From positions 190,650,001 through 190,714,000 of the forward strand of contig OZ024740.1 of assembly GCA_964016885.1 (NCBI GenBank): DNA of 64,000 nt, read 5' to 3'. Position numbers and translations under genes: made by a program. The first letter of the stretch is position 1, and each line of letters begins with the position of its first letter. The stretch comes from Eledone cirrhosa. Taxonomy: Eukaryota. Positions 1 through 17,265 of this stretch are shown here, one piece after another. The notes under the pieces were generated by a model. It searched no databases, was not told where the DNA came from, and was given only the letters and a program-made list of their open reading frames with translations.

Positions 1-822
1 CTTACGCCTGTTTCTCTCTATCTGTTCCGTCTCTATATATATCTCTTACTCTTTCGCTTTGCACTCCTCCCCTTCAATACCATCTCTCCCCCTCTCTATA
101 TATTTGTTACTCTATCGCTGCACGCTCCTCTCCTTCAATATATCAATTACACACGCTTTACACTCCTTTATCCCCAGCGCCCCTATATATACACCCCCCC
201 CCCTCTCCCGCATCTATATTTTAATGTACCGTTGCACCGTGAATATATGTGTCTATATATATATACATATATATTGTATATACACATTCATGTATGTGTA
301 TACACACTCATGTATGTATATACACTGGTTTTATGTGTGTATTGTAAATTTGTACTGTTAAAACACGAAACTAACATTCGATTGACACTTTGATTACCTG
401 TACAGGCAATAGTTATTAGAATGCTGTTGAAGTGTGTATATATTTTTGGGGGACATCCTGTATATACACACATTATATATAATACAATAAACAGATAAAT
501 ACACACATATATATATGAGCTTATTTAATTATAAATATTGTGAATTTTTAACTCAGTTCAATTATATATATAAATGGCTTCTACAGGACTAGAACTGTTT
601 CATTCGAAAGAAATCATCATAATATTGAGAGGGGGGACTAGATAAAATATTTCAAATCAAATGTGTATAAGTTATAAGTTAAAATGTATAAATAGAGACG
701 ATAGTGGAGGTATATCTGTTTAGTGGAACAGTAGACGATAGAATTAAATACAGACGATAATCTCCCTTTAATGAAACAGCAGACGATAGAATTAAGGCAA
801 TTTAAATTTTAAGCATTTGCAT

Positions 823-876
823 TTTTGCCTTTCATTGTTACGGGGTCGATAAAATAAAGTACCAGTAATACACTGT
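823..876 (+). mobile_element. tRNA-SINE central-domain fragment
   Basis: TTTGCCTTTCATTGTTACGGGGTCGATAAAATAAAGTACCAGTAAT matches the core of the full SINE copies elsewhere in the window. Confidence 0.8.
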
Positions 877-1250
877 CACTATAAGTAGACGACTTTCAAA
901 TTGAATTGTTGGTTCCATTTCTTTAGTATTTTCAATTGTAGTTATCTACTTAAAAAGCGTTACACGGTTAGAGACATAATTCGTAAGTTATATCTTCCCT
1001 ATTAAACCATTGCATTATTTCGCCTACAATAGAACAAAAATGAAATGTTCTTTAAAGAAACAGGAATATAACTTTATAAAAAAAAAAGTTGCATCCGCTT
1101 CTTTTATCATTGATAATTTTTTCGTTTTAATATTAATTGTTTTTTGTAGTTGTTTATATTAAAAATCTTACTGTAATATTTACTTAAACGAAGGCAAACA
1201 TCTAAACTTATAGATTAATCTTGAGCGAAGGACTAGATAAATCTCTCTCC

Positions 1251-1289
<39 letters not shown>

Positions 1290-1674
1290 AACGAAGAATG
1301 ATAAAATGTCAAGCAAAGAGTTTAATTAGGTATATTTTGTAATATTATTAACTAATTATTATAATTAACGCGCATATTTTGCTATCCTCAAACACGTCTT
1401 ACACATGGCATGAAATATAACTAATCCGAGATGGCTAGGTTTCATCTTCTAACTGGATATACGAAATCCATTATGTCTTGACAACAACATGAGGTAACAT
1501 TATGTTATTCACAGACACACTTTGTACACTGTTCCATATCAGAATGTATTTCCTTCGTCACATTCACAAACAGTATTGAAAATATGTTCTTCGGCAAATA
1601 AAAATGTTTTGTTCATAATATTTCAACTAGCGATTGCTCTACTCCACGCACGACCACCATAAATTAATGACCAG

Positions 1675-1858
1675 CTCAACACAAGTATTGGTAGAGCGTC
1701 AGACACCATGCTTTGCAGTATTGTTATGGTCCTTTGCATTCTAAGTTCAAATCCTGCCGAGGTTAACTTCGACTTTCATACTTACTAATTCGATAAAATA
1801 AAGTACCAGTAATGGACTGCCGTAATGGATTTGTGCCGAAAAATAGAAACACTATTAA
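1675..1858 (+). mobile_element. tRNA-derived SINE, diverged copy
   Basis: B-box-like AAGTTCAAATCC, GCCGAGGTTAACTT core, GATAAAATAAAGTACCAG and TAGAAACACTATT tail shared with the other copies. Confidence 0.85.
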
Positions 1859-2407
1859 TGTGCAATAAGAGCAAAATATAACGACATTGCTCAATTATTT
1901 TATCTAATGTTGTAATAACACAAGGAAATGTTGTTTGTGTATTTTTTTTTATATTTGCTCATAGGCTTTTACAATTTCGCTCAGCCAACAACTATTAAAA
2001 AGTGAGTTGCTTAAGATAACAATTTAATCACAAATTGTTGCTATCTTTTAATACACTCCAACAAGTCATCAAATTATGTACAATAAAAACAAATCTTATT
2101 AATTTGCTCAGGGAATATAAAGAAAATGTATATACACTGATAATTGCAATTGTATGTAAATATTTTGTTTTTGTATTGTATATTTTATGTTTTCTATTAT
2201 GTATAATATATTGATTTAATATTGATTGTTTTTTGTAGTTGTTTATATTAAAAGTCTGAAAATATTTTTATACATCTTACACTAATATTTATAAGATAAT
2301 TTATAATAACAATTACATAATCTAATTACATTACAACGATAATTTATTATTAATATATATCCTGTTTAACTAGAGTTATTACAAGCGTTGCCTTAAAAAA
2401 ATATTAA

Positions 2408-3364
2408 ACTAGACATGAAAAATGCGCAAGCTCAAAAGTGCCACAGAATTTGATAATAAACCTTCAAAAGTGTGGGACTAGAGTTGTTGCTAAAACATAT
2501 TGTAATCATTATATATCGTACATTCTGTGGCATCCTTTATAAAAATAGCTTAAACCAACGAAGCCTTTATTTTTACGCTATTTCACTTAGTTAATTCTTA
2601 GAGTGTAACATATAAAAATAAATACATCTATGTTTAATGTAATAACAGCTATAAATAATTACGTAATATTATTATCATATACTCATAGTAACAAAATAAT
2701 TGTGTTGAAACTTAATATGATGCTTATATGAACGATCAAATCTATAATGATAATTTCTTAAATATACTAATAGTAAAATAATTTAGTTATCTATTGTTAC
2801 ATTTTCATAGAACTATAATATTAACAATCGTATTGCATTATCAAATTTTTATCACTACAAACTTTCATATTGGAATTACCTTAAGCCACTTATTATTACT
2901 TCGCTTTCGTACTTTTACAGCTGTAGATATTGCGCTGTATCTTATATCTAATATCAATATCTCGTGGTAATTTGCATGAAGTGTAAAATAGGTTTATTAA
3001 TAACTTTAATATGAAATGTATTATACAGGGCTGTGGAGTCGGCCAAAAATTGACTGGCTTCAACTCAGGATCCGATACTCCATTATTTCCTAAATTTCAG
3101 CTCCGCAGCTCTGTTATTATATTAATTAATTTATTTTATAGTTGTAAATCATATTTTTATATGTTACACTCTAAGAATTAACTAAGTGAAATAGCGTAAA
3201 AATAAAGGCTTCGTTGGTTTAAGCTATTTTTATAAAGGATGCCACAGATTGTACGATATATAATGATTACAATATTTTTTAGCAACAACTCTAGTCCCAC
3301 ACGTTTGAAGGTTTATTATAACATTCTGTGGCACTTTTGAGCTTGCGCATTTTTCATGTCTAGT
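2408..3364. mobile_element. Fold-back/MITE-like element with about 210-bp terminal inverted repeats
   Basis: 2408-2619 (ACTAGACATGAAAAATGCGC...) is the near-perfect reverse complement of about 3152-3364 (...GCGCATTTTTCATGTCTAGT); right end abuts (TA)n. Confidence 0.8.
3026..3113. mobile_element. 88-bp hAT-type MITE nested in the fold-back spacer
   Basis: Termini CAGGGCTGTGGAG / CTCCGCAGCTCTG; flanking 8-mers GTATTATA and TTATTATA (7/8 match, hAT-like TSD). Confidence 0.7.
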
Positions 3365-3600
3365 ATATATATATATATATATATATAAATATATATTAAC
3401 ATACACAATACATATATACATATACATATGTAAGTATGGAGTATATCGAATATGTTGATTGTTCCTCAAAGCCAGTGTTGAAGAACCAGGGAACAATCGG
3501 TCATCAGCACGACACAGTTTCAAATCGGGCCATTTGTATACAAACGAAGGCAACATTATTTTTAAAGGTTGATATAACCCATACGTACATATGTGTTTGA

Positions 3601-3670
<70 letters not shown>

Positions 3671-3800
3671 TTATGTGTGTGTGTGTTTATGTGTGTATGT
3701 ATGCGTATGAGTGTATGCATATGTGTGCATACTTACATTTATGTATCAGCTGTGCTAGGGCGAGAAATAAAATTCTAATTATATATATATATATATATAT

Positions 3801-3985
3801 ATACGATATTAACAAATAGAAACTATGTTTATAAAACCATATCTATTTTATTATACATATTTCAAGGATACCAATATAGTTTCCATTTGTCAATATCGTA
3901 TATTTACTCCAAATACTTGTCGAGTGCTTTATATCAGTCATAAAAATATTTGCTTGTTGTATCCCAACAATTTAAATAGAACTTT

Positions 3986-3990
<5 letters not shown>
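3801..3990. mobile_element. Family A pLTR fragment with internal inversion, between (TA)n tracts
   Basis: 3801-3873 matches about 47985-48054 directly; 3874-3990 matches about 47890-48008 in reverse complement. Confidence 0.75.
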
Positions 3991-4071
<81 letters not shown>

Positions 4072-4402
4072 GAAACACACAGATACATGCGGACACACAC
4101 ATATACATGAATGCATCCGCACCTAACCGTGAGTTAAGGGTGCCAACTTCACTGATGTTGCTCAATGAATGACTGGGACAGACCAATCCGGTTGAACTAG
4201 ACTGAACCAGTATCAGAGTTAAAAATACATTATGAAGAGAGATATAAATACCCCCTCCGCCTCCGTGGTATTTTCTTCGGGGTTATAAGAGGCTTAGCTC
4301 TGTTTCTCGACCGTTATATCGCGTGACTATCTCCCCCCTCCGCCTTTTGAGATTCTTTCTCACGTTGTGTAGACGCGTTCTTGAGACTAGTAAAATGAGG
4401 TA

Positions 4403-4492
4403 TCCTCTTGATAAGTCGGCAGACCTCGCAGGGACTCTATATCTTTATGTTGTATTGTTTTTGTTTATGCCACGAAACTACGTAGTCGAGGA
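4403..4492 (+). ncRNA. Type I hammerhead ribozyme motif, U3-A8 core variant
   Basis: TCCTC-TTGATAA-GTCGGCA...TGCCAC-GAAA-CTACGTAG-TC-GAGGA: 5-bp stem I, stem II, palindromic stem III ACTACGTAGT, GUC site at 4485-4487. Confidence 0.8.
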
Positions 4493-4561
4493 ATCTAGGA
4501 GCAGGTTAGGTATGATACATTTTATTACTAATGATATCTAAATGTTTCTTCTCTCTTCATA

Positions 4562-4636
<75 letters not shown>

Positions 4637-6519
4637 TAGATATAGATATATATAACTGTGTGTGTGTGCGCGTGTGTGTGTGTGCAGGCGTGTGTGTTTG
4701 CGTATCAAAAAATGTGGCACCGTTACAATGAGTATATTTTAGAGAGAAAACTAATTTAAATCTCTCCTAAACTATTTCTCTGTATAGAAATTATGTATCT
4801 ATTATAACAAAACATAGTTAGGGCAATTACAATTATATACAGATACGGGAGCGTATTAGTTTGTTATTATATGTTCGAGGTCAATTCTTTCCGTGTTTTG
4901 ATTTTTATCATCTGCCATGAAAAAGATTATACGCGTTTGAATTACATGCCTGTAATAAGATAGAATTGTTTTCATAATTTGCCATAGGTTTTTTATTTCG
5001 TTTGGTTAGTGTCACAATTTAACCTGTGTGATTTCTATCTTGTCGAGCGTGTGCACCAGTCACATACGTAGTTCAGTTGAATTATCTAACAACGTTTGCA
5101 ATGTTGAATTATTATTCATTATTAGTGGTATCCGTAGAAATGAGACTGCATCTATTTGAGTTGTTTCATCAATTGAAATATTATATCACATACAATTCGA
5201 AGTAATAAGTATCATAAATTCTCATTTCCCTTCCACATGCTGCATTCTATTAGCAGTCTTCATGCCAAATTTCATTTTGATATGTTTACATTAATTTGAT
5301 GTAGATAACAGTATGGCCGTTCTGAATGGAAATGAGTTAATAAAATAATAAATATTGTTATAAATCTCTCTGTAATTGATAATTTGTTACCAGACAGCTT
5401 TATTTGTATATCTACTGAATAGGAAATAACTAATGACTTTAGCCGGAGACGGAAATATGACATATATACGTAGTTAATCTGATATATATCATATCTTTAG
5501 TCGTTATTAGAATAAATACATACCATGAACTATATCTAATTTATTTGAAGATTAATATCATTTCATAATTACTGAAATGGGTTACTTTAAGTTAAATCTG
5601 AATCTTTAATACGAAGTTCATCTTATGGGCGCGTTAATCAATTTTTATAATTTTAAAGTTTAGATTAATAAATATTTGTGTAATTCTGAAAGACAACATT
5701 TAGACCGATATATATAGCTTATACTTATAAACATAAATACCATTAATTGTATAAAACATGATAATCTAAAATGTCGACTCTAATGAAGTTTATGAGAAAG
5801 AGAGAGCTCAACCCAAATTGCGACTAAGTTTTATCAAATAGTATTAGAATAGAAAAATTTAGTACCTATAACGTATAGGCGTCCATATTAATATTTCATT
5901 CATCAAGGAATTAAAGTACCACTGCAACACACTTCATAATATTCTTATATCTCCATAAGAAATAATTCGGCTCCTGAATATAAAATTGTGTTCATGAAAT
6001 CTTTTGCAAATACATATGAAGTTCATTTCAAACAGAGCCCGGATTATTATACTGAGTTCTCATTAAGAATTATTGGGTAATCTATATATTTACAAAGTAG
6101 TAGAATGGGTAGACTGTTAGTAGGAAACTAGCAGTCCTTCATAGAAATTGAGACCATTTTAATTATCTGCTATATATCTAAACGTACAGTGATCATGCCT
6201 AAACTTCCAAGCATATCGCTCTGCCATATCAACATTGACCAAGCATTATTTCTTAAATATTTAATTTGGAATGTGATATCCCATGACAAACCAAAAAACT
6301 TGATTAGATAACAATTGCCAGTTTATTGCACGCTTACTTTTAATTGGTTTTAGACATTAACTGATGAAGCATCCACATTACGCATCATGGTATAAGTTCT
6401 AATAATTCATACACATTATCAAATTCTTTCTCATGTTCGTTAAGTATGCTTTTCTATTTTCTGACACTGCTTGATTTTCATGGGCTAACATTTGATTTAC
6501 TTTCACAATGGGCACTCAT

Positions 6520-6539
6520 ACACACACACACAAGCACGC

Positions 6540-6588
<49 letters not shown>

Positions 6589-6602
6589 AAACACACACAC
6601 AC

Positions 6603-6683
<81 letters not shown>

Positions 6684-6700
6684 TACCCCCACACACACAC
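6520..6700. repeat. (CA)n microsatellite
   Basis: Direct reading. Confidence 0.97.
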
Positions 6701-7695
6701 GCATATATATATTTATGTATATGATATATCTAGATGTGTGTATGTATGGGTGTGTCTGAATGTAAATGGAAACAACAAAGCAATCAATACACTATAATGA
6801 AGGAATTTATTAATTTAGCATTTGATATAGTAACGGAATTCTCTTAACGCCACGGACACTTGTCATTTATCAGAATATAAGTTGATAAATAAAAGAAGAA
6901 TCCGTAAGATAGAGGAGAATGTGAATAGGAGAACACAGCCATTTTGAAGAAAGGGTGGTCAGACGATATCTTAAATATTAGAGTATGTCTCTGTGTTTTC
7001 GTTTGTTCCTATATCTGTGCAAAACTGGAAACGAATATGCGTTAGACAGTATCAAAGCTGTTTGGTGTGATAGTGTAATCGTGCAAGAGTTTGCGCGCTT
7101 GAGTTGACCAATGCATATAAGTATAATTATGTATGTAAAATTATGAGTATTCATATGGGCACACACACACATAGGAACAGTCGCAAGGGGTTTTTAAAAC
7201 TGTGAGGTAATGCTCGGTGCTATGTTAAATCTGCTAACGGCTGAACTCTGAAGTATGCAGTCACAGCGTGTATTTAAATATCCGGAGGGAGTGAAGGTAC
7301 TAAGATGCACTTTTGATTCTGTAGGTGACCGCTTCTGCCACACATGTGCATGGAGTTGCATAATTATTAACGATTAGTCGCTCTTTCGATGTATCATGGT
7401 CAATGAACCTTCTAAAACGATCACAAAATGATCTAATTAAACTTCATTTTTTCGTATCGATGTTCCACCCATAATATATTTGTATATACAATTGGTATAC
7501 ACATATTTAAGGTGGGCCAATGAGGTTGATAGGCCTCAAAGCAGCGTGTAACGGTAGACTCACCAAGGTAGGGCTTTCATTGCTTACGTTTTTGTGGTAG
7601 GTCACGGTCGTATAGTGTATCTTCGAAGAATCTACAAAGTCATTAGAATATTTTTATTTTGAATAATCGAAAAAAAAAAACGAATGTCCGTTGTA

Positions 7696-8000
7696 GGTTG
7701 TTATGAGTACTTCAATCTTTTACTCTCGTTGCAGACGGATGAAGGGTCATGGGGAATTGAATGACAGAATATTAGGTAGTATTAACGTCACCACCTATTT
7801 TTAGTGCCGATATTCGAACGCATTCATTCGGTCATCCGCAGAAGCAATCTATATATTTACAAGGAGAGAGATTACTCTCGAATATTGGCACTAAATATTG
7901 GCAGTGATATAATCACTACGTTTTGTGTTATTATTCAATTTACTATGATCAATCGGTCCTCTGAAACGATCGTAGAACATTGAAGTGCTCTTAGTAACCT
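7696..8000 (+). repeat. Imperfect about 300-nt inverted repeat
   Basis: AGGTTGTTATGAGTACTTCAAT pairs with ATTGAAGTGCTCTTAGTAACCT; TTTAGTGCCGATATTCGA pairs with TCGAATATTGGCACTAAA. Confidence 0.75.
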
Positions 8001-8049
8001 TCATTTGACTTTTGTTTTATATTCATTGTTCAACCCCCCCCCCCCCCTC

Positions 8050-8167
8050 AATTCTTCTCTTGAAAAGCAAAAGAGCCGTGAAACCGGAAAAGGAAAGAAA
8101 AAATATACTTTAAAATACTCCAGTTGCATTTTTGATTTCTTTTCCTTACACTTTCGGTCGTGTAGGA
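8050..8167 (+). mobile_element. Diverged pLTR fragment of the PLE-1 family with decayed HHR
   Basis: Reverse-complement similarity to about 17130-17268; TTGAAAA-GCA..CGT-GAAA-CCGG. Confidence 0.65.
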
Positions 8168-8560
8168 CTGAACGAGTTCAGTACTATAAGAACACGCCAG
8201 ACGAAGACATGACGGTAATATAGACAATATAGAAATTAAAATAATATCTAAACAAATGACTCAACTGGTAGACAAATCAGAGAAGCAACTGAGATAGAGC
8301 TAAGAAGACCAAACATAAACTGAAAAAAAAATGATTGGAATAATAACAACAACCATATCCAAACAAATAACACCGACTTAAGAGAAATATAAATAAATAA
8401 ATACATAAATGTATACACATGTATAATAACAACAAACACATATAAACAGACACTAGTAAAGAAAGATAGAATACAAAAACAAAACACGAACACTCAAACA
8501 AGAACACACACGCACCAAACATTAAACACACTCGCTAATGCATTCTCAGAGAGGGAGACA

Positions 8561-8564
8561 AGAA

Positions 8565-8603
<39 letters not shown>

Positions 8604-8622
8604 ATGAATAAATAAAATAAAA
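8561..8622. repeat. (AAAT)n microsatellite
   Basis: Direct reading. Confidence 0.95.
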
Positions 8623-8662
8623 ATGGCGTAGACATTACAATACAATACAGTAGGGGGAAAAT

Positions 8663-8717
8663 AATAGTAAGACTGATGATGTTGCAGATTTGCAACGAAA
8701 GAACTTTGATAGACTAT
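8663..8717 (+). ncRNA. Hammerhead-like motif, family C
   Basis: CTGATGA-T-GTTGCA-GATT-TGCAAC-GAAA-GAAC-TT; stem I weak; homologous copy at 15322-15368 on the minus strand. Confidence 0.55.
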
Positions 8718-8930
8718 ATATATTTATAACTTTATTTTTAACCGTTGGTCAATCAATGATAAACATTGATTGCCAAACGAATTAACTATGGAGACATCAA
8801 AGATACAGAACCGAAATCCAACCAAATAGTGAGTGTGTTCTGTTATTATTTCTGGCAATACTATTACAATATGACCCTCCTATATATATATATATACAGT
8901 ATATATATTAATATATATATATATATATAT

Positions 8931-12800
<3,870 letters not shown>

Positions 12801-12993
12801 AGTGTTTGCATAGCTACTGCTTCCCGAAACCGGATTTCTTTAGAAATACGAAATTTCTATACATATTGCATAAAGCTATGCTTGAAGAGAAGTCTTATTT
12901 CTTTGCTCTCTCTCTCTCTCTACATATATATCTATATATATATATATATATATTTATTTATTAGTTATGTAATAAACAACATAAGAGAATTAT

Positions 12994-13052
12994 TTCATTC
13001 ACCAGTGGTTTCTTGAAGGCAGATGTTGTGTGTCTTCAGTCGTCAGAATGAA
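12994..13052 (-). ncRNA. HHR-like motif with GUG at the cleavage triplet
   Basis: TTCATT-CTGACGA-CTGAAG..CTTCAA-GAAA-CCACTGG-TG-AATGAA; related copy at 54675-54727. Confidence 0.6.
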
Positions 13053-13382
13053 TAAAAAAACATGGTGTTTTTATTAAATATGGATTTGAAAACAAAATTC
13101 AGGAAATATGAAAATGAGGCTGAAACAAAATAGGCAACAAGGAAATAGTGGAAAAAATATTATAAATATATATAAAAAACATAAATATCTAGAACATAAA
13201 CATACACACACTCAACTACGCGCATATACATAATAATACGTATACGTATCTTTTATCACATAAGCGTGTTTGCGTCTACATAGAAATACGAACAGGAACG
13301 TAAATACATACACATACATATACACATATATATATATGCACACAAATATATACACACAAATACACATGTATATACACATACT

Positions 13383-13497
<115 letters not shown>

Positions 13498-13783
13498 GTA
13501 CACATACATACATATACACACATATATACATGTAAAAGAACGTATCAATGTGTGCGAGTCATTGGGAGGTAGGTTAGAAACAGAAATAACAAAATAAATA
13601 AGAACAAAAATGTCCACAGAAATATAAATATATATAACCACAGATTAGATGGTTCGTTGATTACTCAATGAATACAATTTTACAATAAATTAAAAGCACT
13701 CATCAGTAAAGGTTTTCATGGAGTTTTTAATATTATTCAAAATCTTAACAAATGAAAGATATTCACATAATCAAAATATATGC

Positions 13784-13843
13784 TTTATTATATATATTTC
13801 AAAGGTACTGTGTTGTTATTTCAGTACGTCCTCATCAGATAAA
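13784..13843 (-). ncRNA. Minimal type I HHR, family A-like
   Basis: TTTAT-CTGATGA-GGACGTACTG..CAGTACCTTT-GAAA-TATATA-TA-ATAAA. Confidence 0.75.
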
Positions 13844-14026
13844 ATATATGATATATGACATACCGCTACCGTCTTGGTTATACTATTCCAGTATTCTATA
13901 AGAAAAGCAAACTAAAAATCAAAATCAAAATCAAAATAAAGTCAAAAAGGGGTCGTGTAGACAACGAAAGGTATGAGTTTGTGTGGGGGGAGGATAAATA
14001 AAAACATCTTAAAAATACACACGACA

Positions 14027-14069
<43 letters not shown>

Positions 14070-14134
14070 ACACATATATATATACACACATACAAACACA
14101 CACACCCATATATGTATATATATATAAAATAAAT

Positions 14135-14166
<32 letters not shown>

Positions 14167-14171
<5 letters not shown>

Positions 14172-15235
14172 TTAAAATAACAGATTAAAGTTTAAGCAAA
14201 GAATCGCTGCTTTCACCCTTAATGGATCTTCTGAAACAAAGTCAATCTGTAAACGCAGAACTGGATATTTCAAAAAACGTTGCAAGCGGAGGAAGACAGG
14301 AAGACGATACTTTGGTTCGGGAACGTTCGCTGGCAAAGAACGGAAAAAAACGAATATAATACGTCATTAATAGGAGCGGAGAAAAACAATTACGCGCAAA
14401 GACAGAACCACGTTTATGGTATAAAAGAGGTCGTAGGTGGTGCAGAGAGACGTTCTCTGGTAATGAAAGAAAAAACGAAGATAATACGTCATATGTGGAG
14501 CGCAGAGATCAATAGCACGCAAAGACAAAACCACGTAAATGGTATAGCAGAAGTCGTAGACTAAAATTCTAACAAGGAGACCAAATGAATCACCGCTACA
14601 GAATTAAGAACAAAGTAAATAAATACAATACAGAAGTAATAGAAATAAATAAATACATACACGCAAACACATACTTACATACACGAGTATACGCAAAAAG
14701 TTACCATAGGTATACAAAACCCCGCACATATAAATATGTGTGTGTGTGTATGCGTGTATACAAATAAATAAATAATTATATAAGCGTATATAAATAAATA
14801 AATACTTATATAACAAGCGCACACACATACCTTCATATAAACACACGAATGTTCGGAGACGTAAGTCAACCAAAACATGAAGTACACATATACACACACC
14901 CACCATACGTACGAACCTGCATACTCACACAGACGCAAAACTCCCGTATACACATAACCAAATATATAAAATTATACGCCATAACAATCAAATATACGTA
15001 CGAGAAGGTATACGTACCTTCACAAAACATACGGGTAAAATATACTTACCTATGCAAATAAGTAAAGGTATAAACAAAACACATACTTAGCTCCCACATC
15101 AAGACGTAAAATATCCACGTATAGATTGTACTATCCGTTAGCGTATAACGTGGGGCTGTAATACAGGAAAGTTTTGTGCAATTTATGTTTACAAGCCCTC
15201 TTTGGATTTTAGTCTTCAAATTTATTAGTATTACT
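14167..15235 (-). mobile_element. Non-autonomous family B element (pLTR/3' region of PLE-2 without ORF); HHR-like motif at 14189-14237
   Basis: 14167-14945 aligns with 21703-22488; ends in the AGCCCTCTTTGGATTTTAGTCTTCAAATTT block also at about 23776; flanked by (TA)n. Confidence 0.8.
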
Positions 15236-15321
15236 ATATATATATATATAGACATGCACACATATATATATAAATACTCATACATACATACATATACACA
15301 CACATCCACATATATATTGTC

Positions 15322-15368
15322 TAACAAAGTTCTTTCGTTGCACATCTGCAACATCGTCAGTGGTGCTA
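15322..15368 (-). ncRNA. Hammerhead-like motif, family C
   Basis: TAGCACCA-CTGACGA-T-GTTGCA-GATG-TGCAAC-GAAA-GAAC-TT-TGTTA. Confidence 0.55.
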
Positions 15369-15417
15369 TTATATATCCTCCCGTTGTATAAAATGGCTAC
15401 ACCATCTTTATTTAGCG

Positions 15418-15449
<32 letters not shown>

Positions 15450-15810
15450 TGTGTACACAAATATACACACACACACACCTATACATACAGACATATATAT
15501 AAATATACACACACACACATACACGTGCGTGTGTGTGTACATAAACATATAAGCAGACAAACTATAAATACACACACGCTCACAGGTGGGTGTATACAAA
15601 GGGGTTTCTCAAAAAATGAAAACATGAAACATTGATATTATACTCCAGAAGAACTGTTGAGTGCTTCGAAACAGTTAACACTATATATTTTTGTTGAAAA
15701 ACCGACAAAATAAATATCGCTATGCTTATAAATACGCGTACACATACACATACACATATAGACATAGACACATATATATATATACATATATATGTATATA
15801 CACATATATA

Positions 15811-16165
15811 TATTGTTATACTTTGGGAGGGTCATGTTGCCAATAAGAAACACATGCACCGCTTGCTTTCACTTCAACTTATTATATATTTATAAATTTA
15901 TAAACTTACAAATCTACAAATCTATAAATTTCTGGTTGGTTGGTTGGTTCCACAACCAGATAGTTGTTTATATACCAACCAACCAACCAGAAATTTATAG
16001 ATTTGTACATTTGTAAATTTATAAATTTATAAATATATAATAAATTGAAGTGAACCCATGGTGCGTGTGTTTCTTATTGGCAACATGACCCTCCCAAAGT
16101 ATAACAATATCGGTTTCAACACACGATTTCAGATAAAGAATCTTGCTAAACAAATTCAGAAACGA
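15811..16165. repeat. About 300-bp palindrome between (TA)n tracts
   Basis: Arms about 15811-15947 and 15974-16109; 3' extension TGCTAAACAAATTCAGAAACGA also occurs at about 50434-50455. Confidence 0.85.
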
Positions 16166-16245
16166 CACATATATATAAATATATATATATATATATACAC
16201 ACATATATGTATACACACACAAACACACACATACTTACATATAAA

Positions 16246-16437
16246 ATAATTATTTCTACTTTGTCACAAGGCCAGCAATTATCCAGCACATTACTGGTAC
16301 ATTATTTTATCGATCACGTAATGACAAAAGGCAAAATTAACCTCGGCAGGATTTGAACTCACACCGTAAAGGGCCGTAACTCTGTGCTGCAAAGCATAGC
16401 GTCCGACCCTCTACTGATTCTGCCAACCCACGCCCTT
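16246..16437 (-). mobile_element. tRNA-derived SINE, full length
   Basis: Minus-strand A box TGGCAGAATCAG, B box GAGTTCAAATCC, shared core and tail. Confidence 0.9.
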
Positions 16438-17221
16438 CGTATAAAATAATAAAAACACGTATAAATGTATGTACACATAAGCCTGTCTGCATATGCGCCC
16501 ACATACAACCTCATGTGAGTACACTTAAAAACCTAGCGGGTAAGTAAGGACAAGGGGGAGTAAAACTGAGATCAATTAATAAAAATAATTTTTAAGAACA
16601 GGTAAGGGAGAAAAGAGGTGTAAATTTGAAGTAGAGAGTGAGTGTTTGTGGTGATATCTGGATAAGGGTGTATAGTTAACAAGTGATCTGGGTAAAGGAT
16701 GAAGGTGGTGGGTGTGTATGTGTTGAAGGTATGGTAGAAAATAGAGGGTGGGATTTATAAGTCAAATGAAAAAATAAATTTACAAAGAGATGAGGAAAAA
16801 AAGTATATATTACTAGAAAGTGTGTGTTCATAAGGTAATGATATTGGTAGTGAGTGGAAGGCGTGATAAGTAAAGAAGAAGTTAAGGTGGTTGATTTGTC
16901 GTTGGTGTGTTAATCCAGTTAAAACGTAGGGGGGGGGGGGAGCTCAAGTTTTGGAGAATTCTAAATTTTTCCGTAGTACACAAAAAACATTTCTTGGTTT
17001 CCCTTTGATATTCTCTTGAATGGTTTAAAATAGACCAAGCAATAGTGTACTGAATGTTTTGGTCTTTAAACTATCATATATATATATATTAGAAAGTGAG
17101 GTTTTTTTACAAAATGAAAACAACCGAGGTGTCCTACACGAGTGAAAGTATAAGGAAAAAAGATGAAATCTAAAATACAACTGGGGACTTTTTTTTTTAT
17201 AAAAAATATATATTTATTTGG

Positions 17222-17265
17222 TTCCTTTAACGGTTTCGCAGTTCTTCTGCTTTTCAAAAGTAGAA
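17222..17265 (-). ncRNA. pLTR minimal HHR, U3-A8 variant (same motif at 20447-20490)
   Basis: TTCTACTT-TTGAAAA-GCAG-AAGAA-CTGC-GAAA-CCGT-TA-AAGGAA, sense to the ORF. Confidence 0.7.

Noticed and set aside
585-630. HHR on minus strand (ATGATGA..GAAA-CAGT-TC)
   Set aside because: C3 is missing and stem I is not convincing
1125-2292. About 50-bp direct duplication (near 1125 and 2215)
   Set aside because: Short and AT-rich; no element boundaries definable
3455-3530. CTGATGA on minus strand followed by a GATTGTTCC/GGAACAATC hairpin
   Set aside because: No correctly placed GAAA..UH or stem I
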